Below are positions 19,353 through 29,010 of a stretch of DNA of 64,000 bases, one piece after another. The stretch covers positions 8,074 through 72,073 of the forward strand of contig DATGIS010000105.1 of NCBI GenBank assembly GCA_035295625.1, in the 5' to 3' direction. Made by a program: the position numbers and the translations under genes. Origin of the DNA: Candidatus Acidiferrum sp. (GTDB taxonomy: Bacteria; Acidobacteriota; Terriglobia; Acidiferrales; UBA7541). The notes under the pieces are model-generated. The model was not told where the DNA came from. It saw only the letters and a list, made by a program, of their open reading frames with translations, and made no database searches. The number at the start of each line of letters is the position of its first letter. Position 1 is the stretch's first letter.

Positions 19353-20446
19353 AAAACTTTTCGACCGGCCGTCTTCCCCAATCTCGTCGCCTTGAGTCCG
19401 GCTTTACGCTTCTGGAACTCATGGTCTCCACTGCCGTATTCCTGGTGATCGGAGCGGCTGCCTTCTCGCTGTTTTCTTCTCATGCTCCGCTCTTCACGCG
19501 GCAACAGAATATTTCCGGCTTGAACATCAACCTTCGCAACGCCGTCACACAAATGGAGCTTGATGTCGTCAACGCGGGCAATGGCTACTACCCGGGCGCG
19601 GACATTGCTTCCTGGCCCGTGGGCCTCACCGTCAACAATCAGCAGCCAAGCACGACCTGCTATAACGCCACCGCTCACACGTATTCGTCCACTTGCTTCG
19701 ACACGATGAACATCATCGGAGTGGACGGCTCGATTCCCCCGACCCACCCCAACCCGCCAGGTAATAGCTGTGGAGCCACCGATACAAGTTCCATTCTTTT
19801 CGTCGATCCTCCACCATCGACGGAATACTCGGGAAGTCCGTCCCAGTTCGCATCTCTGTTCCACAGCGGAGATCAGTTGCTCATCATCAAGAGCGACGGC
19901 TCGCAGATGGCTACAACGACTTTGACGCAGGACGGTTCCCTTTCCGGCGCAAAAGTTCGTTTGCAGCACAATCCGACTGGCGCGAGCACGACCGATCCTC
20001 TTGGCATCACCACTTTCTTCGCAAACTCTGGCTCTGCAGACACGCAGAACAAGCTCGGCAATACTTTTTGCCAGTCCGATTGGGTGTTGAAGCTCAGCTA
20101 CACGACTTACTATGTGGACGCGACGGATCCGACCAACCCCAAGCTGATGCGGCAGCAATCCACCGGCACCACCGACGTCGTGGCCGAACAGATCATCGGT
20201 TTCAAGGTCGGCGCTTCGCTTTGGAGCGGCACTGTCAGCGGCGACACATTTACCTTCCAGAACTACAACTACAATTCGTACGATCCGAGCCAGGTTCGCT
20301 CTCTGATCGTTTCGCTCATTGGGCGAACTACTCCGAATCGTACCGGCGACCTGACTTACAAGAATTCGTTCGATAACGGAAATTATCAGATTCAATCGCT
20401 TTCGGTTGTTATCAATCCCCGCAATCTCAGCATGAATGATCACTGA
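19349..20446 (+). CDS. pilW: Type IV minor pilin, PilW-like
   Basis: ESG|FTLLELMVS; NLRNAVTQMELDVVNAG; C-terminal INPRNL. Confidence 0.75.
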   Translation: MKNFSTGRLPQSRRLESGFTLLELMVSTAVFLVIGAAAFSLFSSHAPLFTRQQNISGLNINLRNAVTQMELDVVNAGNGYYPGADIASWPVGLTVNNQQPSTTCYNATAHTYSSTCFDTMNIIGVDGSIPPTHPNPPGNSCGATDTSSILFVDPPPSTEYSGSPSQFASLFHSGDQLLIIKSDGSQMATTTLTQDGSLSGAKVRLQHNPTGASTTDPLGITTFFANSGSADTQNKLGNTFCQSDWVLKLSYTTYYVDATDPTNPKLMRQQSTGTTDVVAEQIIGFKVGASLWSGTVSGDTFTFQNYNYNSYDPSQVRSLIVSLIGRTTPNRTGDLTYKNSFDNGNYQIQSLSVVINPRNLSMNDH

Positions 20447-20455
20447 GGAGGCTCT

Positions 20456-22351
20456 GTGTTTACGCGACCCACGTTCGATCGCAAAAATTTGAAGCGGGCA
20501 AAGGCTGGCCGGAAGAATTCGCGCGGCGTCGCGCTGATTACTTCCCTCCTTCTCTTGCTCCTCTTGACCGGCATGACGGTCGCCATGGTCTTGTCCGCCA
20601 ACTCGGACATGCTCATCAATGGCTACTATCGCGGTTTCCGCGGCTCCTTCTATTCCGCGGACTCCGCCCTCACCGTCGCGCGTCAGGCCATGGTCAATCA
20701 GCTCGTCGCCGCCGGAAGCACGGGTTTCAGCGCGACCGCCCAGCCGATTCCGGCCGGTACGGAAGCCACGGTCGCCTCGAACATCAACACGACCTATGGC
20801 GCTTCCTTTCAATCGTTGAACGGCGGACAGGCAGCGTCTTCCTGGCCCGCGAACTTCAAGCTGGATACCACGGGCACTTCCCTTAGCACCCCGACTTGCA
20901 CCGTCGTCGGCGGCGGCGGCACGTGCGCTGCTCCCACGGGAGCTGTCACCGGATACCAGTACGTTTACTCGTACACCTTGCGCGCTTTCGGCCGCTCCAC
21001 CGGTAATCAAGTCACAGCCATGAGCGATTCCGGCACCATCAAAATCAACGTCTCCGGTTCCGCCGGAACGACCACCACCAGCTTCGCCGCGTACGGCATG
21101 TTCATCAACACCTACAACATCTGCGACGGCTCGTCCCTCGTCGCCGGAACGATCAGCGGCCCGGTTTTCACGAACGGCTCCTGGAACTTCGGCACGGGCG
21201 GCGCTTATATCTTCACGGACAAAGTCGGCAGCGCCGGCTCGAATTTCGGCTATCAATTCTCCAACAAGTGTGACCAGTCTTCCGCTACTTCGGACAAGAG
21301 CGGCAACACAACCATCGCTCCTACGTTCCAGGGCGGCATCAACCTGGGCGCTCCCACGGTTCCTCTTCCCGCGAACGACTACAACCAGAAGCGCGCCGTC
21401 CTCGACGGTCAGGGCGCCGGCAGCACTAGTCCTTCCAACGCCGAAATGAACGCCACATTGAAAGACGTGACGGGTTCGCCGTGGCCAAACAACGGCAGCA
21501 AAACGACCGGCGTGTTTCTCCCTTATGGACCCAACGCCAACGGCGTCAATACATTCAACGGAGGCGGCATCTACGTAAAAGGTGACGCGTCTGTTACGCT
21601 CGCGCCGGCCGCTGCCGGCGCCGCACAGGTGTATACGATCACCCAGGGCTCGACCGTCACGACCGTCACGATCAACAACACCACGAACACCACCACAATC
21701 GCCAGCGGCTCTTCCTCCCAAACGATCGTTGGCGTTCCAGTTCAGCTTGACCCCACAACTGGTGCTTTCCAGCGCGACGCTACCATGCTCTACGTCGACG
21801 GCAACATCACCGCGCTCAGCGGTCCGGGACAAGGTCAAGCCGCCCTGTCCGACAACACCGCGCTCACGATCACTGCCGCCAGCAACGTCACAGTCACGGG
21901 CGATCTCCTCTACACGTCCAAGCCCGTCACCACGACGCAGAACCAGATTCCTAACACGCCGGCCGATACGCTCATTCCCGGCAACGACCACGGCCAAGCC
22001 TTGGGCATCTTTACATCCACGGGCGACATCCAGATGAACAATTCCCAAAGCAACGGCAACCTTGAAATTGACGCCTCCATCGCGACAATCTCGCAAAACG
22101 GCACCGGCGGCCTCACCAACATCGGCAGCACCATCAACACCCTGACCATCCTCGGCGGCCGTATTCAGAACAACATCAAGAACATCAACACCACCACGCG
22201 TAACGTCTTCTTCGATCGCCGTTACGCGCAGAACAACTTCTCGCCGCCCTGGTTCCCTTCGACCACCGTCACTTCCACCGCCGGCACTGTCGCGTCGTAC
22301 ACGCCCAGCGTCCAGCGCCTCAAGTGGCTCAACGACACCAGCTACTTCTAA
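20456..22351 (+). CDS. pilX: PilX-like minor pilin with a long beta-rich C-terminal domain
   Basis: SRG|VALITSLL lacks Glu5, as in PilX/GspK; SFYSADS; RBS GAGGAGG. Confidence 0.75.
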   Translation: MFTRPTFDRKNLKRAKAGRKNSRGVALITSLLLLLLLTGMTVAMVLSANSDMLINGYYRGFRGSFYSADSALTVARQAMVNQLVAAGSTGFSATAQPIPAGTEATVASNINTTYGASFQSLNGGQAASSWPANFKLDTTGTSLSTPTCTVVGGGGTCAAPTGAVTGYQYVYSYTLRAFGRSTGNQVTAMSDSGTIKINVSGSAGTTTTSFAAYGMFINTYNICDGSSLVAGTISGPVFTNGSWNFGTGGAYIFTDKVGSAGSNFGYQFSNKCDQSSATSDKSGNTTIAPTFQGGINLGAPTVPLPANDYNQKRAVLDGQGAGSTSPSNAEMNATLKDVTGSPWPNNGSKTTGVFLPYGPNANGVNTFNGGGIYVKGDASVTLAPAAAGAAQVYTITQGSTVTTVTINNTTNTTTIASGSSSQTIVGVPVQLDPTTGAFQRDATMLYVDGNITALSGPGQGQAALSDNTALTITAASNVTVTGDLLYTSKPVTTTQNQIPNTPADTLIPGNDHGQALGIFTSTGDIQMNNSQSNGNLEIDASIATISQNGTGGLTNIGSTINTLTILGGRIQNNIKNINTTTRNVFFDRRYAQNNFSPPWFPSTTVTSTAGTVASYTPSVQRLKWLNDTSYF

Positions 22352-22370
22352 GCCGCACTCAACCCATTCC

Positions 22371-22402
22371 AAAGGCCCAGGCTTCCCGCCTGGGCCTTTT
22401 TC
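22371..22402 (+). terminator. Rho-independent terminator of the pilin operon
   Basis: AAAGGCCCAGGC-TTCCC-GCCTGGGCCTTTTT. Confidence 0.85.
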
Positions 22403-22483
22403 ATTGTGCGCTCTCGCACCGCTGGCAAATCGCCGAGACCCGTCGCCAGGCGGCGAGGGTTGGTGGCTGGTTAACCATAATCG

Positions 22484-22626
22484 CCCCCCTCCCCCTGTTT
22501 TTTGTAAGTGTTGATAACAAAGGGACTTTAAGTCCTTTGTGCCACAAGTGTTCATTCTAAAGAGGTTACAGAAGCACTTTTCGTAAGTGTTCATTGTAGA
22601 GGACTTAGAGGATTTTTGCGGAAGAG
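22484..22626 (-). repeat. Non-coding three-unit repeat element, copy 1 (39-40 bp period)
   Basis: AAGTGTT at 22506, 22546 and 22585; internal palindrome GGACTTTAAGTCC; G-tract at the minus-strand end; homologous to 55866-56002. Confidence 0.85.
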
Positions 22627-22857
22627 CGAGAGGGTGTGTGTTCGCCGCAAGGCCCCTCGCGTCGGCTCGGGGCAAGCAAGAAGAGATCGCCGAACAGAAC
22701 ACGGGGAAGGATAGCATGGGATATTAGACAAGGTTAAGTCATAAACAGGGAATGGTTGGAATTGCGTTGCGGATGGTTCCTGGCGCTGTTGAATGGCGCC
22801 CCCTTCCTTACGTCCCCTATCCGCTGGCGGTGAGGTTGTGCTATAACTCTGGCCACC

Positions 22858-23097
22858 GTGGAACGTGCCGTGAAGAGCTTCCCTGCGTCCGACGAAGCCC
22901 GGGGAGCGGAATCGCTCGGGTCCCTTGCGGAACCGGCCGCGGTAGCGTCCGCGCCCGCGGAATCGGCAGCTTCCGAGTTGCATGGGGAGTACGCACTGCG
23001 CTATTGTCCCGTCTGCTCGCAGAGGCTGGAATCTCGCCGGTGTAAGCTGATCTGCAATCGGTGCGGTTATTACATGTCTTGCGCCGATTACATCTGA
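22858..23097 (+). CDS. Small Cys-rich zinc-ribbon protein
   Basis: YCPVC...CKLICNRCGYYMSCADYI; start codon uncertain. Confidence 0.65.
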   Translation: MERAVKSFPASDEARGAESLGSLAEPAAVASAPAESAASELHGEYALRYCPVCSQRLESRRCKLICNRCGYYMSCADYI

Positions 23098-23227
23098 GAG
23101 CCCGGACGGGCGAACCGCTTGGGTTAACCCCCAACGGGCAAGTTTTGGTATAGTTTCTGGCTCCGGATTAGGTTGCCGCCGGATCCGCTCCAAAGCGTTT
23201 TCCAAAGAGAATGAGGAGGAAACGAAC

Positions 23228-23572
23228 GTGGCATTAAAGATGACGAATCGCGAAGTGGACGGCGTCTCGGTGGTGGCCCTGGACGGCCGGATCGTCCTTG
23301 GGGAAGAATCGAACGCGCTCCGCGAAAAAGTAAAAACCATGCTGGCCGAAGGCCGCAAAAAGATTGTCCTGAATATGGACAGCATCACTTTTATCGACAG
23401 CGCGGGGCTGGGCACGCTTGTCGCGGCGCATCACAGCGCGAAGTCGCAGGGCGCTTCTCTCCGCCTCTGCCACCTCGGCTCGAAGTTCCAGGAAGTTTTG
23501 CAAATCACGAAGCTGCTCACCGTGTTTGACGTATACAACTCGGAAGCCGAAGCGGTGGCGAGCTTCAAGTAG
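23228..23572 (+). CDS. STAS-domain anti-sigma-factor antagonist
   Basis: RBS GAGGAGG; ITFIDSAGLGTLV; LQITKLLTVF. Confidence 0.92.
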   Translation: MALKMTNREVDGVSVVALDGRIVLGEESNALREKVKTMLAEGRKKIVLNMDSITFIDSAGLGTLVAAHHSAKSQGASLRLCHLGSKFQEVLQITKLLTVFDVYNSEAEAVASFK

Positions 23573-23610
23573 ATTTTTCGGTGCGGCGAAAAAATTCGAT
23601 TTACTACCGG

Positions 23611-23642
23611 AGAAAAAGGCGCGCCTTGGCGCGCCTTTTTCT
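23611..23642. terminator. Bidirectional intrinsic terminator
   Basis: AGAAAAAGGCGCGCC-TT-GGCGCGCCTTTTTCT between convergent genes. Confidence 0.88.
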
Positions 23643-23661
23643 CTTTCGGAAGACTTTTTTG

Positions 23662-25002
23662 TCAGACCCGATACATCGTGATTCCGCTCAGCAGCTTCGG
23701 GAAAAAATCCGTCGATTTCTGTGGCATGACTTCATTGGCGGTGGCAATCTCGACGACTTTCTCGACGTCGCACGCATTCAGCAGGAAGGAAATCTGCGCC
23801 TTCCCCGAATCTACCGCGCCGAGCGCCTTTGCCGCTTCCCGCTCGTAGGTCAGGTTCGCCTCTTTCGTTACGGCCTGCATGGTTATGCCGAGCGCCGGCT
23901 CGAGGATCCCCTCATGCAGCAGCACCACATCCAGTTCGCGCTGCAGCGGCGACACGTTCGGCAACAATTGCGCCAGGTCCACGCCCGGCCGCAGAACCAG
24001 CAAGTAGTAAGCCCGTTGCCCATCCCTCGCCGCCGGGTACGCGCCGATGGCCCGGTGGGGTGCCGCCGATTTCAATCGGGCCAGGAAATTCTTCCCTGCC
24101 GCGTCTTTTTCCTGTTCGTTGGTAAATGCAAACACTTCGGTGGAGAAAAATGGTTCGAGATGACGGCGGACGGAATGCCAGGAAAAATCGTGCACGTTTG
24201 CGGCGACGCGATGGGTCGGCAAAATCACGAGACCTTCGCTGCGCGTATTGATGAAGGTCATCATGGCGCGTTCGTACGGCGCGTTCGGATCCATCGAGCC
24301 GGCCTGCGAACGGCGTTCATTTCGATAATTGAGGGCTGTTTCGTAGCGATGGTGGCCGTCCGCAATGACGAGTTTTTGATCGGCCATTGCGGACTGAATG
24401 CCGGAGACTTTCTGCGCATCGGAAATCACCCAGAGCCGGTGAAGGACGTCGTACTCATCGCGGACTTCGGTTGCAGGCGCGCCGGAAGATTCGACTTCGG
24501 CGAGAATTGCGTCGATGCGTTTCCTGGGATCCGAATAGAGCAGGAATAGCTGGCCGGTGTGAGTGCGCGTGTTGCGGAGAAGCTCGAGGCGATCGGCTTT
24601 GGGGCCGGAGAGGGTGTGTTCGTGGCGGAAAATTACGCCAGCAGAGTATTCTTCGAGTTGCCCGGCGCCGATGAAGCCGCGGCGCGTGCGGCGTTCCGCT
24701 GTGCCAGGAACTGTGAATTCCTGGGTGTACGCATAGAAGGACGGCGCCGCGTCCGGGACGATTACGTTTTTGGCTTCCCATTCCTTGAAGGCGGCGGCGG
24801 CGCGGGAATAGACGTTGTTGCCGGGGCCGTCGCCGGGATATTCGCGGCCTTTTTCGACGGCGATGAGATTTTGCGGATGCGCGTCGTAATACTTTTGCTG
24901 CATTTCCGGAGAGATTTTGTCGTAGGGCTGGGTGAGCACGTTTTGAAACGGCGCGAGCTGGGGATTGTAGCGGAATGCACGGAACGGGAAGACCTGAGCC
25001 AT
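23662..25002 (-). CDS. DUF1015 family protein
   Basis: PFRAFRY, QPYDKIS, HEHTLSGPKADRL, IADGHHRYETAL, MPQKSTDFFPKLLSG. Confidence 0.9.
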   Translation of the reverse strand: MAQVFPFRAFRYNPQLAPFQNVLTQPYDKISPEMQQKYYDAHPQNLIAVEKGREYPGDGPGNNVYSRAAAAFKEWEAKNVIVPDAAPSFYAYTQEFTVPGTAERRTRRGFIGAGQLEEYSAGVIFRHEHTLSGPKADRLELLRNTRTHTGQLFLLYSDPRKRIDAILAEVESSGAPATEVRDEYDVLHRLWVISDAQKVSGIQSAMADQKLVIADGHHRYETALNYRNERRSQAGSMDPNAPYERAMMTFINTRSEGLVILPTHRVAANVHDFSWHSVRRHLEPFFSTEVFAFTNEQEKDAAGKNFLARLKSAAPHRAIGAYPAARDGQRAYYLLVLRPGVDLAQLLPNVSPLQRELDVVLLHEGILEPALGITMQAVTKEANLTYEREAAKALGAVDSGKAQISFLLNACDVEKVVEIATANEVMPQKSTDFFPKLLSGITMYRV

Positions 25003-25093
25003 GGAATCTCCGGTAGCAATTTTGAGTACGACGGAAACATATAGTGTACGCGAAGGGCGGCGCGGAAGGCGACGCGCGTATTACAATTCTTGT

Positions 25094-25759
25094 ATGAAAA
25101 AGTTGAATGACTTGAAGGTTCGGGCACTCGTATTCGATCTGGATGGGACGTTGATCGATTCCAAGATGGATTTGGTAAGCAGCGTGAACGCGACGCTGCG
25201 TGAATTGAAACGCGAAGCGCTGCCGACGGAGTTGGTAGCAAGTTATGTTGGATCGGGCGCGCCGGTGTTGATTCGCCGCGCGCTTGGCGGGAACCCGGGC
25301 GAAGAGGAATTGAAACGGGCGCTGGCGTTTTTCCTGGTGCACTACGAGGAGCACAAGCTGGATCAAACGAGATTGTATCCCGGGGTCGCGGAGACGCTCT
25401 CCGAACTGAAGAGTTTGCCGATGAGCGTGCTGACAAACAAGCCGGTGAAGATCAGCGTGCGGATTCTGGAAGGCCTCGGCGTGGCGCAATACTTTCGAAG
25501 CATTTATGGCGGGAATAGTTTTGAAGCAAAAAAACCGGATCCCGCGGGAGCGAAACAGATTTTGAGTGAATTGAAAGTTGCGGCGAGCGAAGCGGCAATG
25601 GTCGGCGATTCAGAAGTGGACGTTCAGACGGCGCGGAATGCGGGAATGCCATCGGTGATCGTGAATTTCGGATTCGGGACGCACGACCGCGCGGCGCACC
25701 CTGCGGATCTTTACATCGAGCGTTTTGAAGAGCTTACGCAGTTTGTCGACGTCGAATAG
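25094..25759 (+). CDS. HAD-IA hydrolase, phosphoglycolate phosphatase-like
   Basis: FDLDGTLIDS, LTNKP, KKPDP, VGDSEVD. TACAAT-N6-ATG suggests a leaderless start. Confidence 0.9.
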   Translation: MKKLNDLKVRALVFDLDGTLIDSKMDLVSSVNATLRELKREALPTELVASYVGSGAPVLIRRALGGNPGEEELKRALAFFLVHYEEHKLDQTRLYPGVAETLSELKSLPMSVLTNKPVKISVRILEGLGVAQYFRSIYGGNSFEAKKPDPAGAKQILSELKVAASEAAMVGDSEVDVQTARNAGMPSVIVNFGFGTHDRAAHPADLYIERFEELTQFVDVE

Positions 25760-25820
25760 TCTTCATTGAAAACAATGTGAAATGCTTGCGAAGTAGCTCC
25801 GTACAAGGCAGACTCTGCGC

Positions 25821-26924
25821 GTGCTGATTGGACTATTTTCGGAGCTGGATGCGCCGGGCGGAGTGCAGCGGGCGGGGCGACACATGGCCGCGGTGTTGAC
25901 GGAATTTGCGGCGAGCCGCGGGTGGGAATGCCGGATTTTGACGCTGAACGATTCGTTGGAGCTGCACCGGATGAATGTCGCGGGCCGGGAATTCGTATTT
26001 ACGGGCTGCGACCGCGGCAAGGGAAAATTCGCGGCGTCGGCGATCAAGGCTGCGCGGCGAAAAGCGAAATTGGTGTTGGCGGGACATCCCAATCTGGCGC
26101 CGGTCGTGCGGCTGATGAAACTTGCCGCGCCACGAATGAAGTCGATTGTGTGCACGCATGGAGTAGAAGTGTGGGAACCGCTATCGAGGATGCGGCGAAC
26201 GGCGCTGCAGAAGGCGAATCTGGTTTTAGCGCCGAGCCAGTACACCGCGGATCATGTGAAGGCGGATCAAGGAGTCGATCCTGAAAAACTGCGCGTATTG
26301 CCATGGGCGCTTGACCCGGAGTTTGAGGCAATCGCGGCGAGCGCGGCGAAAACCGCATTGCCGCCGAATTTCCCGAAGGGCCACGTAATTCTGACGGTGG
26401 GCCGATGGTTGAAAAACGAGCGGTACAAGGGAATGGACACGCTGATAACGGCGCTGCCGAAATTGTTGCCGCGTTGGCCGGAATTGCAGCTGGTTGCCGT
26501 CGGCGACGGCGATGACCGCGACTGGCTGGAAGATATGGCGGAAGAAAGCGGAGTGGGGATGCACGTGCATTTTTTGAGCGGGCTAAGTTACGCGGAACTT
26601 GCGGCCTGCTATGCGGCGTGCGAGATGTTTGCATTGCCGAGCCGAGGCGAAGGATTCGGGCTGGTGTACCTGGAGGCGATGGCGTGCGGAAAGCCAGTGA
26701 TTGGCGGAGCGCATGGCGGGGCGCCGGAAGTAATCCAGGATGCGGTGACGGGATATCTGGTGCAGCACGGCGATGCGGTGCAGCTGGCGACGTCGATTGA
26801 AACGCTGCTGACAAATCCGGAGCTGGCGCGGGAAATGGGACGGCGGGGCAAAGAGCGCGTCGAAAATGAATTTCGATTTAATGTGTTCGCGAAATCGCTG
26901 AAGAAGCTCCTGCGCGAGTTATGA
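25821..26924 (+). CDS. Glycosyltransferase family 4
   Basis: LTVGR...YKG; EGFGLVYLEAMACGKPV. Confidence 0.9.
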   Translation: MLIGLFSELDAPGGVQRAGRHMAAVLTEFAASRGWECRILTLNDSLELHRMNVAGREFVFTGCDRGKGKFAASAIKAARRKAKLVLAGHPNLAPVVRLMKLAAPRMKSIVCTHGVEVWEPLSRMRRTALQKANLVLAPSQYTADHVKADQGVDPEKLRVLPWALDPEFEAIAASAAKTALPPNFPKGHVILTVGRWLKNERYKGMDTLITALPKLLPRWPELQLVAVGDGDDRDWLEDMAEESGVGMHVHFLSGLSYAELAACYAACEMFALPSRGEGFGLVYLEAMACGKPVIGGAHGGAPEVIQDAVTGYLVQHGDAVQLATSIETLLTNPELAREMGRRGKERVENEFRFNVFAKSLKKLLREL

Positions 26925-28117
26925 AAATCCTGAATGTGACGGAGACGTATGCTCCGTTTTATGAATTTGGCGGACCGCCGGCGAAGGTGGAAGCGCTGTC
27001 GCGCGGGCTGGTGGCGCGGGGAAATGAAGTAACGGTGTTAACGGCCGACTGGGGAATTACCGAGCGGATCACGGCGGCGGGAAAGGCCAGTCCATTTTTC
27101 GAATCGAACTTCGGATGGGAGGGGGAGGATCGCGGGGTTCGGGCGGTTTATCTGCCGACTTGGCTGAAATATCGGGTGACAAGCTGGAATCCGGCAGCGA
27201 AAGGATTTTTGCGAGAAAGACTGAGCTCGTATGAAATTGTGCACATTTTTGGCTTGTATGACCTGCTTGGCCCGGCGGTCGCGCGCGCCTGCCGCGATAA
27301 AAATATTCCGTACGTCGTAGAGCCGATTGGGATGTTCGTGCCGATCGTGCGGAACGTGCGGCTGAAGAGGCTGTACCACGCGTGGTTCGGAAAGAAGATG
27401 CTGGCAGGGGCGGCGCGAGTGATTGCGACATCGGAGCAGGAAGTTGAGGAGTTAGCCGGTGGTGGAATCGGAAAAGAAAAGATCGCGCTGAGAAGAAACG
27501 GAGTGGTGGCCCCGGAGCGATTGCCTGCAAAAGGAATCTTCCGAGCCGCAAAGCAAATTCCGGCGGACGCGATGCTGATTCTATTTTTGGGCCGATTGAG
27601 CAAAAAGAAGAGCCCCGATCTGCTGATGCACGCCTTTTCCGCATTGCCGGCCAAGATCGAAGGACGGGCGGCGCATCTCGTATTTGCGGGCCCGGACGAA
27701 CAGGGGATGGAGTCGAAACTCGTTGAAATGGCCGAAGGGCTACAGATTTCGGAGCGAGTACATTTTACCGGGCCGGTATTCCACGAAGAGAAATGGGCGG
27801 CCTACCAAGATGCGGACGTTTTTGTGTTGCCATCCCTGAACGAAAACTTCGGCAACACGGCGGCGGAATCGGCGGCCGCGGGAACACCGGTGATCGTGAC
27901 GGAGAATTGTGGCGTGGCACCCTTGCTGGCCGGCGGCGGAATCATAATTCGCCACGATGAGAAGGAGTTGTCCGAGGCGTTACGAAAGTTGCTCGGAAAT
28001 GAGGAGTTGCGGACAGGACTCGGACAGCGAGCCCGGTTGGCGGCGGGGCGAATCGGGTGGGAGGAGCCCGTCCGGGAGACAGAATCTTTATACAGAAAGC
28101 TTGCAGAAAAACGGTAA
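26921..28117 (+). CDS. Glycosyltransferase family 4
   Basis: FLGRLSKKK; ENFGNTAAESAAAGTPV. Confidence 0.9.
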   Translation: MKILNVTETYAPFYEFGGPPAKVEALSRGLVARGNEVTVLTADWGITERITAAGKASPFFESNFGWEGEDRGVRAVYLPTWLKYRVTSWNPAAKGFLRERLSSYEIVHIFGLYDLLGPAVARACRDKNIPYVVEPIGMFVPIVRNVRLKRLYHAWFGKKMLAGAARVIATSEQEVEELAGGGIGKEKIALRRNGVVAPERLPAKGIFRAAKQIPADAMLILFLGRLSKKKSPDLLMHAFSALPAKIEGRAAHLVFAGPDEQGMESKLVEMAEGLQISERVHFTGPVFHEEKWAAYQDADVFVLPSLNENFGNTAAESAAAGTPVIVTENCGVAPLLAGGGIIIRHDEKELSEALRKLLGNEELRTGLGQRARLAAGRIGWEEPVRETESLYRKLAEKR

Positions 28118-28145
28118 GGGTTGGAAAATCGGCGGTGTGGGGCCA

Positions 28146-29009
28146 GTGTTGACTGACGGAAGTCATATTGTGTTCAAGTTTGTCTGGCGACTGACAAACG
28201 TTCTACTGACGTTGTGCCTGGCGGGAATGGTGTACGCGGCGGGCTGGGAATATTCTGTTCGGCAGTATCTGAACGGGTTTTCCGACGCGGTAGTGCCCGC
28301 GACGGCGAGCCCCGAACAGAAAGTAGAAGCGATTCTGAGTTGGATGAGAAGCGGACCGCAACGGGCGTCTGCCGCCGATCCGGATGCGCTGCCACAGAGA
28401 GATCCAGAAACGACGCTGAATTACCGGCAACTGCTTTCTGTGTGCGGAACAGCGACGAATGCATTTCTGAATCTGGCGCGCAGCTCGGATTTGAACGTAC
28501 GAAGACTGCTGTTGCTGACGCCGCAACGCACGACCAAACACGTGGTAGCGGAAGTGCTGCTGGACAATAAGTGGGTAATCGTGGACCCGACATATCGAAT
28601 TCTGATGAAGGACAAACAGGGCCGCATGCTCACGCGGAAGGACCTGCAAGATCCGGCAATCTTTGCGCAAGCGACTTCGGTAGTTCCAAACTATCCCGCG
28701 GTTTATAACTACACGACGTTTGCGCACGTGCGGCTGGCGAAATTGCCGCTGCAGGGATGGCATCTGCGCACGATTCTGGATCATGCCTTTCCCGGTTGGG
28801 ATGAAGCGGTGGACTGGAGCCTGCTGCTGGAACGCGAATCATTTTTCGTGTTGTGCGCGTTCGTGGCCGGTTCCCTGTTCTTTCTGTTCATGAGGGCGAT
28901 GATGGCGTGGTTCGCCGACCGCCGGCTGAAAATACCGAGGTTCCATTTGCGCGCGCATTTTGCCCGGGCTGGGGCTGCGTTTTTCGGCGCGCCGGAAATC
29001 AAACAATAA
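28146..29009 (+). CDS. Membrane-anchored transglutaminase-like protein
   Basis: N- and C-terminal TM helices; Cys-His-Asp triad (VCGT, HVVAEV, WVIVDPT). Start uncertain. Confidence 0.75.
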   Translation: MLTDGSHIVFKFVWRLTNVLLTLCLAGMVYAAGWEYSVRQYLNGFSDAVVPATASPEQKVEAILSWMRSGPQRASAADPDALPQRDPETTLNYRQLLSVCGTATNAFLNLARSSDLNVRRLLLLTPQRTTKHVVAEVLLDNKWVIVDPTYRILMKDKQGRMLTRKDLQDPAIFAQATSVVPNYPAVYNYTTFAHVRLAKLPLQGWHLRTILDHAFPGWDEAVDWSLLLERESFFVLCAFVAGSLFFLFMRAMMAWFADRRLKIPRFHLRAHFARAGAAFFGAPEIKQ

Positions 29010-29010
29010 A

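Noticed and set aside
22484-22626. CRISPR array reading of the 39-bp repeats
   Set aside because: Units are degenerate, linkers are only ~14 bp and conserved between copies, and there are no cas genes.
19328-22717. 1129-aa minus-strand ORF
   Set aside because: Antisense shadow of pilW/pilX produced by codon bias; no motifs, and it crosses a terminator.
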